Translations under genes and position numbers: made by a program
Sequence record: MK327943.1
Origin: Escherichia phage vB_EcoM_G53
Reading direction: 5' to 3' (one strand)
Length of the DNA: 64,000 nt
Shown: positions 18,881 through 27,980 of the stretch, piece after piece
Position numbering within the stretch: position 1 is the stretch's first letter
How the letters are laid out: the number at the start of each line of letters is the position of its first letter
Notes under the pieces: generated by a model
The model's input: only the letters and a program-made list of their open reading frames with translations
Database searches by the model: none
What the model was told of the DNA's origin: nothing

Positions 18881-19129
18881 TTATTCTTTTTCGCGAATAA
18901 TAATTACTTGTTGAGGCTGCTGAGCTGATTTCTTTTCGGCAACGATAGACCAAATTAAAGTTCCAATCCAACCAACCATCGTCCAGTTAAAGAGTAAAGA
19001 TACAAAGAAGATTGCTGTTGTGCTTTTTGTGCCACGAATAAGTGCGATTACCCAAGGCAACATGTAAATGATGATTGAACCAATACCTGCGATTAAAACT
19101 GCTACTGAACTAGCTACGAATAATTCCAT
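18881..19129 (-). CDS. superinfection-immunity family membrane protein (Imm-like)
   Basis: 82-aa two-TM ORF with LPWVIALIRG and LLFNWTMVGWIGTLIW motifs typical of the Imm_superinfect family. Confidence 0.5.
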   Translation of the reverse strand: MELFVASSVAVLIAGIGSIIIYMLPWVIALIRGTKSTTAIFFVSLLFNWTMVGWIGTLIWSIVAEKKSAQQPQQVIIIREKE

Positions 19130-19190
19130 GTTAATTTCCTCTTGATTTGTTATGTTTATAGTATCTTGTTTTAACTTTGGTGTAAACCAA

Positions 19191-19559
19191 TTAATTAAAT
19201 TTGTTTAAACGTTCAATACACTGGACGTAGTTATTCGCGATTTGTTTCTGGGTAGGCTCTTTACCAGTTGTTTCAACATAGCGAATGAATGCGATTTCAG
19301 TAGCCTGTAGACAATGTTCTTTAACGCGTTGTTCTTTTGACAATGCTACGGTATCAGAGTCACGATAACGTTGAGCATGGGCATCAGCTTGAATCATTCG
19401 ATTACCTACAGTAACCGGGTCTTCCACTTCAACTTTAGGTTGGTCGTACTGTTTAACATTCGGATTGTAAATCAATTGGCCGACGTTATTAGGGATAAAG
19501 CCATGGGCACCACATCCGGTTAATCCAAATACCATTGCTAAAGCGATTAATTTTTTCAT
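19191..19559 (-). CDS. lipoprotein
   Basis: 122-aa ORF; signal peptide with lipobox LTGC. Confidence 0.5.
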   Translation of the reverse strand: MKKLIALAMVFGLTGCGAHGFIPNNVGQLIYNPNVKQYDQPKVEVEDPVTVGNRMIQADAHAQRYRDSDTVALSKEQRVKEHCLQATEIAFIRYVETTGKEPTQKQIANNYVQCIERLNKFN

Positions 19560-19619
19560 TTCAATTTCCTCTGTAGTTGATAGAAAGATAGTAACACAGT
19601 ATGTGGTGCTTGTAAACAG

Positions 19620-19832
19620 CTATTTTAAACTTTTTCGAAATTTGCGTTTTTCTTGACGAATCTGTCGTTTAGTCGGACGTACAACAAATTTAACGAAGTC
19701 CACTTTGCCGTGTGGAAACTTTTCAGATGCTTCGCAGTCCATCATTAGTTCCCATCCTTCCAGAATAAGAGCTTTCCATTGTGTAGTTGATGCAAATTCG
19801 TATGTTGATGGTTTAAACACAGTTGAATACAT
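19620..19832 (-). CDS. small basic protein, RPTKRQ-motif family (start placed at MYSTVF)
   Basis: C-terminal VRPTKRQIRQEKRKFRK shared with 45364..45543 and 45968..46138. Confidence 0.4.
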   Translation of the reverse strand: MYSTVFKPSTYEFASTTQWKALILEGWELMMDCEASEKFPHGKVDFVKFVVRPTKRQIRQEKRKFRKSLK

Positions 19833-19833
19833 A

Positions 19834-20046
19834 TTATCCTCTGAAATCAGCTTCAAAAACTTTCTCGTCATTAATAAATGCTTTAACTAATGCATTGTTC
19901 ACTTCAGCAAGTTGTACCGTAACCCACTCGATTTCTTCGCGATCACCTGATAACATGATATCTTTAGTGAACATCTCACCGCTTTTAAACCAACCGATAA
20001 AAGTAACTTTAGTTAATTTGCTCATATTTCCTCGCAAAATGCCCAT
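19834..20046 (-). CDS. small hypothetical protein
   Basis: 70-aa ORF. Confidence 0.4.
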   Translation of the reverse strand: MGILRGNMSKLTKVTFIGWFKSGEMFTKDIMLSGDREEIEWVTVQLAEVNNALVKAFINDEKVFEADFRG

Positions 20047-20339
20047 TCAGCGTGATAAACTGTAGCGCCTTTAGTATCATTCATTTGAACTACATCTACC
20101 GGAGAAATTACTCGATAGAGACGTGGTTCACCTCCATAAGAGCGTGCTGCTCGTCCTGCATAAATCTTTGCTAAACCGATATCTTCAGTAAAGAATACAC
20201 GATCCAAGTTTTTCTTACGTCCAGTTTCAGACAGAACTCCTGTTTCTTCAGGAGGACAAAGCATGTTTTCGATGTTAGCTGAACTACTTGAACCGTGATA
20301 AAAAATCTTAAATTCTGCTTTACAATCGATGGTTTTCAT
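20022..20339 (-). CDS. hypothetical protein
   Basis: 105-aa ORF downstream of an early promoter with a GGAG SD. Confidence 0.45.
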   Translation of the reverse strand: MKTIDCKAEFKIFYHGSSSSANIENMLCPPEETGVLSETGRKKNLDRVFFTEDIGLAKIYAGRAARSYGGEPRLYRVISPVDVVQMNDTKGATVYHAEWAFCEEI

Positions 20340-20365
20340 TTTGTTCTCCAGTAGTTGATAGGTCT

Positions 20366-20394
20366 ATAATAACACAACTACTGGAGAAGTAAAC
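20366..20394 (-). promoter_or_regulatory. early promoter with 12-bp perfect inverted repeat spanning spacer and SD
   Basis: minus strand GTTTAC, 17-nt spacer, TATTAT; ctccagtagttg (20376..20387 region) pairs with caactactggag containing the SD. Confidence 0.55.
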
Positions 20395-20769
20395 TTAAAA
20401 ATGTAATTTAGATATATCTGCGTTGATTTCGTTTTGGTTTGCGTCATATGCAATTAAACGAACCGCTTTAGATGGGTCATTCAATGCATAGAAATGATGG
20501 AACATTGCTCGAACGATATCACCATTTACGAGTTCTACCTGGATAGGAGAACCTTTTTCGAGTTGGAAATGTTCGTAAGCTTTGATGGTTCGTAGATAAT
20601 CAAGTTTTTGATTTCCAGCTCCAACTATTTGTACGATACGTTTGCCTGTGTTTTCCATACGAGATACAATAGTTTTAGGAGCAAGAATAACGTAGGTTGC
20701 CAGCGGAGAAACTACTTCAACAGTTGTGTTTTCGGTGATTGCAGTAAAAATTGCTTGAGACATATTCAT
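20395..20769 (-). CDS. hypothetical protein
   Basis: 124-aa ORF. Confidence 0.45.
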   Translation of the reverse strand: MNMSQAIFTAITENTTVEVVSPLATYVILAPKTIVSRMENTGKRIVQIVGAGNQKLDYLRTIKAYEHFQLEKGSPIQVELVNGDIVRAMFHHFYALNDPSKAVRLIAYDANQNEINADISKLHF

Positions 20770-20798
20770 AATGTTTTCCTCTTGGTTTGTGTAAGTAC

Positions 20799-20828
20799 AT
20801 CATATCATGCCTAGAGAAAGATGTAAAC
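20799..20828 (-). promoter_or_regulatory. early promoter
   Basis: minus strand GTTTAC, 18-nt spacer, TATGAT, then AAGAGGA SD. Confidence 0.45.
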
Positions 20829-20857
20829 CCCGAAAGGAGACCGAAGTCTCCTTTTTA
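20829..20857 (-). terminator. UUCG-tetraloop hairpin after gene 41 (terminator or RNA stability element)
   Basis: minus strand ggagac-ttcg-gtctcc followed by tttcgggg; the U-tract is weak. Confidence 0.35.
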
Positions 20858-22300
20858 TTAAAATTTTAACTCATTGGCTAAGCTATCTAGGTCAGCACGT
20901 GTTGCTTTGGCTTTACCTACGCGTTCCGTACGATTCACCTCTGCCTGACGCATCTGAGCACCTGCGTTTTCATTTACTGTGTTAGGTGTGTTCATGCCTT
21001 CTTGCTCAATCTCAACCCATTTCTGATTGCCTTTACGTACACCCATCAGGAATTTATTCCACTTATTCTTATCGCCGTATCGTGATTTGATTTGTTTGAT
21101 AAGTTGTTGTTCAGCTTGTGCAAGTTCTTCGGTTTCAATTACAGCCAACATGAAATCTGCCGTTGCTGGTAAACCTGCTGATTCTGCGATATCACTCATG
21201 TTCATGTCTGAAGCATCCCATGCTGCACGTCCTACTTGAGCTGCAGTCCATAGAACTGTTTCAGATTCTACTGCTAATGCACGAAGTTCTTCTGCGATAG
21301 CTTTAACTAATGTGTAGCTATTTTCAGTGTAAACTCTGATACGACAAGACCCACAAATACCTAAGTAATCAACCATGATTACAGATGGCACAAAGTTCTT
21401 CTTAAGTTTTAACTCATTAAGCAATGCACGGAATGTATTAGCATTAGCTCCGCCAGTAGGATACTGTTTAACTACTAAACGTCCTAATGTTGTTTTTGAA
21501 CGCCATTTTTCCATCTTGGCTTTATATTCAGCATAAGATACGTTACCATCATCGATATCATCGAGTGATACGTCAAGCATGTTTGCATCTATACGCTTAG
21601 CACAAACTTCTTCAGCCATTTCCATGGAAATATAAAGAACATTATGTCCTGTTTGAAGATAATCTGCAGCAAGTGAACAAAGGCCTAAAGATTTACCGAC
21701 GTTAACACCAGCCATTAAAACGTTTAGTGTACCTGTTTCAGCACCACCTTTAGTGATTTTATTCAAAATGTTTAATTTGAACGGGACCTTACGTGCTTTG
21801 TTCAGATAAGAAAGCCAGCGTGCTTCGTAGTCTTCCATCCAGTCATGTCCAACATAACTATCGAACGAAATTGAAAGTGCTTGACGCATAATATCAGGAA
21901 TAGCTCCTACGTCAGGCATTTTCTTGTTACGTTGTTCTGGAGGTAGTTCAGCATTAGACTGAATCTCAATGATTTTGGATGTAGCATTATACATCGCTTT
22001 TTGCTGGACATATTTCTCAGTTTCTTTAACCAACCATTCATGGTCTTCAGGAGTATCAGCCAATTTTTCAATTAGGTCTGAAGTTCCTTTATATTCGGCT
22101 TCAGTTAAAGAACTGTTATCTAAAGCCACCTTTAACGCATTGATAGATGGCATTGCATTATATTCGTTAACGTGGCTCTTTATAATTTTAAAGACATTTT
22201 TTGCCGGTCCACGCTCAAAATACTCAGAATCCATATAAGGCCAGACCTTAGAAAAATAAGCCTGGTCGTATACTAGATGAGACAAAATAATTTCTACCAC
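20858..22300 (-). CDS. 41: replicative DNA helicase gp41 (DnaB-like)
   Basis: 480-aa ORF; Walker A GVNVGKS; T4 gp41 is of similar size; synteny with 61 and uvsX. Confidence 0.9.
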   Translation of the reverse strand: MVEIILSHLVYDQAYFSKVWPYMDSEYFERGPAKNVFKIIKSHVNEYNAMPSINALKVALDNSSLTEAEYKGTSDLIEKLADTPEDHEWLVKETEKYVQQKAMYNATSKIIEIQSNAELPPEQRNKKMPDVGAIPDIMRQALSISFDSYVGHDWMEDYEARWLSYLNKARKVPFKLNILNKITKGGAETGTLNVLMAGVNVGKSLGLCSLAADYLQTGHNVLYISMEMAEEVCAKRIDANMLDVSLDDIDDGNVSYAEYKAKMEKWRSKTTLGRLVVKQYPTGGANANTFRALLNELKLKKNFVPSVIMVDYLGICGSCRIRVYTENSYTLVKAIAEELRALAVESETVLWTAAQVGRAAWDASDMNMSDIAESAGLPATADFMLAVIETEELAQAEQQLIKQIKSRYGDKNKWNKFLMGVRKGNQKWVEIEQEGMNTPNTVNENAGAQMRQAEVNRTERVGKAKATRADLDSLANELKF

Positions 22301-22309
22301 GATAACTCC

Positions 22310-22651
22310 TTAAAAGAATTTAAATTTTTTCTTGGTTCGTTCATTAAAAGCTTGTTGTACTTGCATTGTAACACATTTTTCAACGTGTGGTGCAAGTTCT
22401 GCTTTTCTGTCCTGGTCAAGAACTGCAAAGTCCATTACGATTTTACCATCAACCCAGTCTAGTTTTGTAATATAGACTATATGATGGGAACCGTCTTCAA
22501 GTGTAATCAGAATCTCTTGAATGACATTTTCCATTGCTGAACGGACAATTTTAAGAGATTCATTAAACACTCGTTCTTTGCGAATGTCCTCCCCTTCCGA
22601 AGAAGGGGATTCATCAACGATTTCTAGATTTAAATCATCGAGATTATTCAT
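22310..22651 (-). CDS. gp40-like protein (position-based)
   Basis: ORF between 41 and uvsX, as gene 40 in T4; start placed at the ATG after the uvsX stop. Confidence 0.4.
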   Translation of the reverse strand: MNNLDDLNLEIVDESPSSEGEDIRKERVFNESLKIVRSAMENVIQEILITLEDGSHHIVYITKLDWVDGKIVMDFAVLDQDRKAELAPHVEKCVTMQVQQAFNERTKKKFKFF

Positions 22652-23816
22652 CGAAATCTTCCATTTCGTCAAGGTCGTTTTCTATATCTGCTGCAGATGG
22701 AGCATCAGAAGTTTTAACCGGAACTTTAGTTGTTGCTTTGCAATTAATAAGGTCGTTAACAGCGTCATCAACTTCTTTAATAGAAGAGATAGCACCTAGT
22801 TTATATTTAGTTTCAATTGCATCTCGGAAAGGTTTGTGTTTAAACAAAGGTCCCCAGAATTCTACACAATCAGTAGCTTTAGCACGCCATGATTTTTCTT
22901 CACGAATCATTTCACCTGTTTCTTCGTCAAGGAATTCGCGAGCATACCAACCGGCTTTAGGCTTAACTACAAAACCAATTTCAGTTGCCATTTCTAACAA
23001 GCCACTGAATGGGTCAATACCGCCATCAAAATTAACCGTGATCGGGAAAGTAGATTTCTCTTTAACTGTGCGAGATTTTTCTGCTTTCAACGTGAAGTCA
23101 TAACCGGTCAATTCTGTACCTTCTTTAACCTGACGTTTAGAGATAAAAAACACTGTGTTGGCAGAATAAAGAATACCTGTACCACCGCCCATAATCTCTT
23201 TAGGATACAATCCACCGATTTCCATTGCTGTATGGTTGATTGCAACACATGGAATATCTTTAATAGTCAGATAAGGAGTCACAATGCGGAACAAAGATTT
23301 AAGTGCCTTAGCACGAGACATATCACCTACAACTTTCTCGTTCAACGCATCTTCGGTTTCTTTCTTAGATGCAGTATTACCAATCGAGTCAATAAAGATA
23401 ATAACTTTATCACCACGTTCAATCGCGTCAAGCTGATTAGTCATATCAACTTTAAGTTGTTCGACAGATTGAATCGGAGTATGAACTACACGGTCTAAAT
23501 CAACACCCATCGAACGGAAGTAAGATTCTGAAGCACCGAATTCTGAGTCATAAAACAAACAGATTGCATCTTTATATTTCTTCATATATGCTGCAACCAT
23601 GGTCAGCCCAAACAATGTTTTAAAGTGTTTAGAAGGAGCAGCAAAAATAGTTAAGCCTGATTGCAACCCGGCATTCAGTGCACCACCTAGTGCAATATTC
23701 AACATCGGAATACGAGTAGGGACTTCATCACGATTATTAAACAGCTTAGACTTAGTCAAGTCTGCAGTCATTTTAGAAGTAGAAGCTTTAATCAGACGAG
23801 ATTTTAAATCAGACAT
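22644..23816 (-). CDS. uvsX: UvsX recombinase (RecA-like)
   Basis: 390-aa ORF; N-terminus MSDLKSRLIKASTSK and RecA core match T4 UvsX as I recall it. Confidence 0.9.
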   Translation of the reverse strand: MSDLKSRLIKASTSKMTADLTKSKLFNNRDEVPTRIPMLNIALGGALNAGLQSGLTIFAAPSKHFKTLFGLTMVAAYMKKYKDAICLFYDSEFGASESYFRSMGVDLDRVVHTPIQSVEQLKVDMTNQLDAIERGDKVIIFIDSIGNTASKKETEDALNEKVVGDMSRAKALKSLFRIVTPYLTIKDIPCVAINHTAMEIGGLYPKEIMGGGTGILYSANTVFFISKRQVKEGTELTGYDFTLKAEKSRTVKEKSTFPITVNFDGGIDPFSGLLEMATEIGFVVKPKAGWYAREFLDEETGEMIREEKSWRAKATDCVEFWGPLFKHKPFRDAIETKYKLGAISSIKEVDDAVNDLINCKATTKVPVKTSDAPSAADIENDLDEMEDFDE

Positions 23817-23914
23817 TGTATTTTTCCATAGGCATCATTATATTTTACTCATGTTTAAAAGATAAGATGATTATATACTAAGGGTTATACAGCATTTAAA
23901 ACTTTAAATGGCTC

Positions 23915-24463
23915 TTAACGAGCCCATTTGATAATTTCTGTAATCAAATAATTACGTTCGCTTGCATTAAATCCTATAACTTTGTTAGCACCATCATGAT
24001 TAAGTAATTGATACGTTTGGATTTTGTTATGAATTGCAAACTCTTCAAAATGTGAAATGACTGTATTAAAACCGAATGAAGACAAAGTAATAAGGTCGTC
24101 TTCAAAACTTTCAGTCATTTCGTTACGTGTTAAAATAATTGTGAACACATCATGGTTTTGGCAAAGACGAACATAATCCTGTTCATAAACGTCAAGAACC
24201 GAGTCCGCATCTTGTCGAATACGTCCATAAACCCAGTTACTAATATATCCACGGTCTAACAGATAAATCTTAGTAGGGTCTAAATAATTCAACATCGTTT
24301 CGAAACAACCAACTTCATTTCGAGACTTAACATCGAATCGTCCATCAACTGTTCGTTTAGGGAAATCAATTTTTACATATCTTTCACTAATTTCCATTAT
24401 GTCATTAATGAAAGTTGTTTTACCAGCATTATCCGGGCCATCTACTAAAATAATTTTAGCCAT
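23915..24463 (-). CDS. P-loop nucleotide/nucleoside kinase-like protein
   Basis: 182-aa ORF; Walker A GPDNAGKTT near the N-terminus; sits where T4 carries beta-gt. Confidence 0.45.
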   Translation of the reverse strand: MAKIILVDGPDNAGKTTFINDIMEISERYVKIDFPKRTVDGRFDVKSRNEVGCFETMLNYLDPTKIYLLDRGYISNWVYGRIRQDADSVLDVYEQDYVRLCQNHDVFTIILTRNEMTESFEDDLITLSSFGFNTVISHFEEFAIHNKIQTYQLLNHDGANKVIGFNASERNYLITEIIKWAR

Positions 24464-24464
24464 T

Positions 24465-25364
24465 TTATTCCTCGATTACGACATCTTCATATTTAGGTAT
24501 ATTATACGGTGAAGAAATTAAAGCATTAAAGTAGATGAACTCACCAAGACCTGGATGAAATACTTCTTCAGGATTTTCGAAATATTGAATCTTCGGACGT
24601 CCTTTAAGAATTTGATAGTACTCAGTTTTAGTTGGTTTAAAAATTCGAATCAACGCTTCTTCAGGATACTTATTTCTGTCGAAGCTATTATTTGGATCGG
24701 TTATATAAAGCGGTTGACCTAATTGAATTGCACATTCAACCACTTGTTCAAAACGATAGCATGGGTCACTAATTCGAAATGGATGAAAAATACCATCTAG
24801 ATAAATAGGAGCCAAATCACCTACAAGACGCTGCATGATGGAAGGACGTATAACTTTCTGCGTTACGATAATCTTATTACCATCTGCACCTGCGTTAACC
24901 AGCACTTCTTTTTGACGTTCATTCAACACAGTAGTTTGAAGTGAACGATTAACCGACAACATGTCGGTTTTTAAGAATTCGTCAATATAAAAACGTGGTT
25001 TATTAGGGTCTGCAGTGATATTGAAATTGAATTCCACATCAAAAGCGCCGTCATATCCAGTGATATCTGTGATTAGAAAATCACAATCATAATAAGCAAT
25101 TAATGAATCAACCACAAATTCATTTTCAGACCAGAAATATTTACGAGTGTTATACGCGTTATCTTTATACCATAATGGAACAAACTTAAATTCTGGAAAA
25201 AGACGTTCGCATTCTTTAATATCAGATGCATTACGTGGATATGTAATCACATCACCCGGATTAGCACGGTGCAAATGAAGTTGGAAGTTGCCATCCTTAA
25301 GGATAGCATACTGTCCAGTTTCATAAGACCGCATACTCAAGATAGGTACGCGGAAAATAGCCAT
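24465..25364 (-). CDS. hypothetical protein (in the T4 beta-gt locus)
   Basis: 299-aa ORF tightly packed between the P-loop kinase and the gp42-like gene. Confidence 0.45.
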   Translation of the reverse strand: MAIFRVPILSMRSYETGQYAILKDGNFQLHLHRANPGDVITYPRNASDIKECERLFPEFKFVPLWYKDNAYNTRKYFWSENEFVVDSLIAYYDCDFLITDITGYDGAFDVEFNFNITADPNKPRFYIDEFLKTDMLSVNRSLQTTVLNERQKEVLVNAGADGNKIIVTQKVIRPSIMQRLVGDLAPIYLDGIFHPFRISDPCYRFEQVVECAIQLGQPLYITDPNNSFDRNKYPEEALIRIFKPTKTEYYQILKGRPKIQYFENPEEVFHPGLGEFIYFNALISSPYNIPKYEDVVIEE

Positions 25365-26080
25365 TAGTCAAGGAATCCTTTAACATAATCAAAATCACGT
25401 TCAAACACATGGGCACTTACCATGGTATGAGTATAATCACCAACTTCTACACCACATTCGTTAGCGATATAATGGAGTAATTTTCCTTGGAGATAAAAAT
25501 CCAACTGCATAACAACAGCACAGTTCTGAGAACGCATATGACAGTGGGTATAAAGTTTACCATCACGAATATAATAAGTCACTGAGTCAGTACATGGATA
25601 TTCAAGCGTTTCGTCTGAATCAAGCAAAGCCTGATCAGAACTTTCTAGAATTTGGAACACAACTCTTCGGGAGTTAGGCTTCTCTTTAAGTTCTTTTAGA
25701 AGAGCTGGTAATTGGGCCGCAATGCGAGGACCATAGAAAGTGTTGAAGTTCGCAGGCAAAACATCTGATTTTGGTTTAGAAATAAATTTAGCGACATTAG
25801 GATATGCCTTAAACGCTTCTTCCGCATCAGTACCACCAGAAATCATAAACTTCCAGAAGTCTTCGGCATATTCATAAGAGATGCGGTTAATACGTGGGTC
25901 GGTCATTTTGAATGATGATGGGGTGTCAACAACTACTGTCATAGACCCAATTTCATTACAACGTCCAATACGAGAATCAGTTACGAATTCCGGGTTTTCT
26001 AAAATTTCACGATTGACTGCTTTAAATGCGGCTTGAAAATCTGCGGCTTTGATATATTTCATTGTGTTATGTTTTCCCAT
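25364..26080 (-). CDS. 42: dCMP hydroxymethylase-like (thymidylate synthase superfamily), gp42
   Basis: 238-aa ORF; active-site region PCTDSVTYYIRDGKLYTHCHMRSQN aligns with the T4 gp42 MCTNTVQYLIRD...NMRSND region as I recall it. Confidence 0.65.
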   Translation of the reverse strand: MGKHNTMKYIKAADFQAAFKAVNREILENPEFVTDSRIGRCNEIGSMTVVVDTPSSFKMTDPRINRISYEYAEDFWKFMISGGTDAEEAFKAYPNVAKFISKPKSDVLPANFNTFYGPRIAAQLPALLKELKEKPNSRRVVFQILESSDQALLDSDETLEYPCTDSVTYYIRDGKLYTHCHMRSQNCAVVMQLDFYLQGKLLHYIANECGVEVGDYTHTMVSAHVFERDFDYVKGFLD

Positions 26081-26122
26081 GTTTACCTCAATACAATTTA
26101 TTATATACTCAATTCGTAAAGC

Positions 26123-26362
26123 TTATTTGAATTTCTTGGCAATGTTGATATAACGTAAAGCTTCACCATCAATACTTCCAAGAACACTATGAAGAAATGT
26201 ATCAGCGTAGTATTCCAATTGAACAGGTTCTTTAATCACTTTAGCCGCTTTGGTTTCAAAAAGGCCCATCAGGGCCTTTTTAAGAATTTGTTCGTTAGTG
26301 TTCAGTTTCGTAGTCAAAATCTCTTCATTAAGTTGGTGGTTAAAAGTTTTTCTAGAAATCAT
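26123..26362 (-). CDS. small hypothetical protein
   Basis: 79-aa ORF. Confidence 0.4.
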   Translation of the reverse strand: MISRKTFNHQLNEEILTTKLNTNEQILKKALMGLFETKAAKVIKEPVQLEYYADTFLHSVLGSIDGEALRYINIAKKFK

Positions 26363-27531
26363 TCCGGGTACCTCAAAGCGTCATCAGAGTTAGTTATATC
26401 AATAATAGATATAGAGTTTTCTGCTAACCCGTTTTTAGATAATTGACGTTTATAATATCTTTCACAATATGTACACGTCGTCCCGCAGATTTCATTAGCA
26501 CAATCGAAATCTGGATGTCTGAACCACCTTTTTTCTAAAAAGCCATCTAACAAAGAGGTTTCAATATTTACTGTATGTGAAAACTCGGTCTCATTTTCAA
26601 GAGTGAAAATAGTCTCTAAAGGCTTCCACAGTTCTAACAAATTACCTTCAAACTTTTCAGAAGCGTATGCTTCAAGAACTTTCAAAATGTAGTCTGTGCT
26701 ACCTGTACGTCCTGAAACTTTGAATTGAGTGATACCAATATCATTATAAAGTTTCAAATCTTGAGGACGAACAAAACGAGTTCTCAACCAGTTAAATGGG
26801 TCTGTATCACGAGCTTTAATACAGTGCTGCATTGGATAACCGTTTAAGGATTTAGCATCATCAGCTGTAACATCAGTACTATGGAAAATATAGCAAGAGT
26901 CACGATAGCTACAATGTGTTGTATACCCTTTACCAGCATTAGAACAGAACTCATTTACAAGAACTTCAAATATTATATTGTTCTTATTGCAAAACTCTGC
27001 TGCACGCTTCAGGAAAGAAACTGAACGGTTCTTATGAATTCCACAACAGACCTTTTTGATATTATATTGGTCGTGCAAGTATTTGATTTGAGTTACAGCA
27101 TCGACATGTAGAATTGTTGAAACTTCAATCTCAATGTCTTTATTGACTTCACGAACAATTTCCATAACAACAGGGTTAGCGATAGTAATACGCCATACGC
27201 CTATTGACCAAAGATACTGAACATAATCCTGAATAGCTTTCTTCTTCCACTCAACTAGTTCTCTTTTTGAACCAGGATTTATCGTGTTGAGTGTATAGTT
27301 AAAGCAAATACCTAATTCGTTACAACGTTTAACGTAATCTTCTAACATCTTTTTGTCAACGTCAGGAAGCCTAAAATCAGGTCTGGCTGCTACAAAAGCC
27401 ATTTCTCTTGTAGAGCCGTATACTTCATTTATCAAGCTATTAGGATAAGTTTTATTGAGCTCTACGATTTTATCAAGAAGAGCTAAATCAAAATTCGTTC
27501 CGATTTTAAAAGTATTCATTTTTTTTTGCAT
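26359..27531 (-). CDS. Cys-rich enzyme-like protein, possible Fe-S / U32-like fold (tentative)
   Basis: 390-aa ORF with clustered cysteines (CSNAGKGYTTHCSYRDSC; CANEICGTTCTYC); no radical-SAM CxxxCxxC. Confidence 0.3.
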   Translation of the reverse strand: MQKKMNTFKIGTNFDLALLDKIVELNKTYPNSLINEVYGSTREMAFVAARPDFRLPDVDKKMLEDYVKRCNELGICFNYTLNTINPGSKRELVEWKKKAIQDYVQYLWSIGVWRITIANPVVMEIVREVNKDIEIEVSTILHVDAVTQIKYLHDQYNIKKVCCGIHKNRSVSFLKRAAEFCNKNNIIFEVLVNEFCSNAGKGYTTHCSYRDSCYIFHSTDVTADDAKSLNGYPMQHCIKARDTDPFNWLRTRFVRPQDLKLYNDIGITQFKVSGRTGSTDYILKVLEAYASEKFEGNLLELWKPLETIFTLENETEFSHTVNIETSLLDGFLEKRWFRHPDFDCANEICGTTCTYCERYYKRQLSKNGLAENSISIIDITNSDDALRYPE

Positions 27532-27578
27532 CTCACGTTAATTGACGCGATGGTTTTTTGCAGGTCTTACTTAAATTA

Positions 27579-27980
27579 TTATAGATTCGGTTTATATGAT
27601 TTAAATGTTTCGAATTCGCCTTTATTCATAAGAGCTTTGAATTCGTCAGGACGCATAGCTTTGTCGTCGATAATCCAATCATATACTGGTTTATGTGTTA
27701 GCAAATTATGGTACTTCAAACCAATGTTTGCCAAGTTCTGAATCAGACTTGGGAGAATGTCAATTGCTATACGACCAGGACCTACTGACTTCATACCGCG
27801 AGCAGTGTAAAGCGTTATTGTATGCCCTGCATCATACAGGGCATTAATGGCAGACACCATTTCGACGTCTGGTTTGAAGTTCACGTAATCACGATTGTTA
27901 TTCCACTCTGTTATACAATCATCGACATCAAAACAAAGATTAAGCATGTTTTCTACACAGTGCATTAGATTCGTTCCCAT
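27579..27980 (-). CDS. HAD-superfamily phosphatase (small, sugar-phosphate phosphatase-like)
   Basis: 133-aa ORF; HAD motif I FDVDDCI, motif II LYTARG, motif III/IV K...IIDDK. Confidence 0.6.
   Translation of the reverse strand: MGTNLMHCVENMLNLCFDVDDCITEWNNNRDYVNFKPDVEMVSAINALYDAGHTITLYTARGMKSVGPGRIAIDILPSLIQNLANIGLKYHNLLTHKPVYDWIIDDKAMRPDEFKALMNKGEFETFKSYKPNL

Noticed and set aside
20346-20387. Promoter-embedded inverted repeats read as intrinsic terminators
   Set aside because: Stems are followed by non-U-rich sequence and loops are 17-20 nt containing the -10; real terminators in this window have tetraloops and U-tracts
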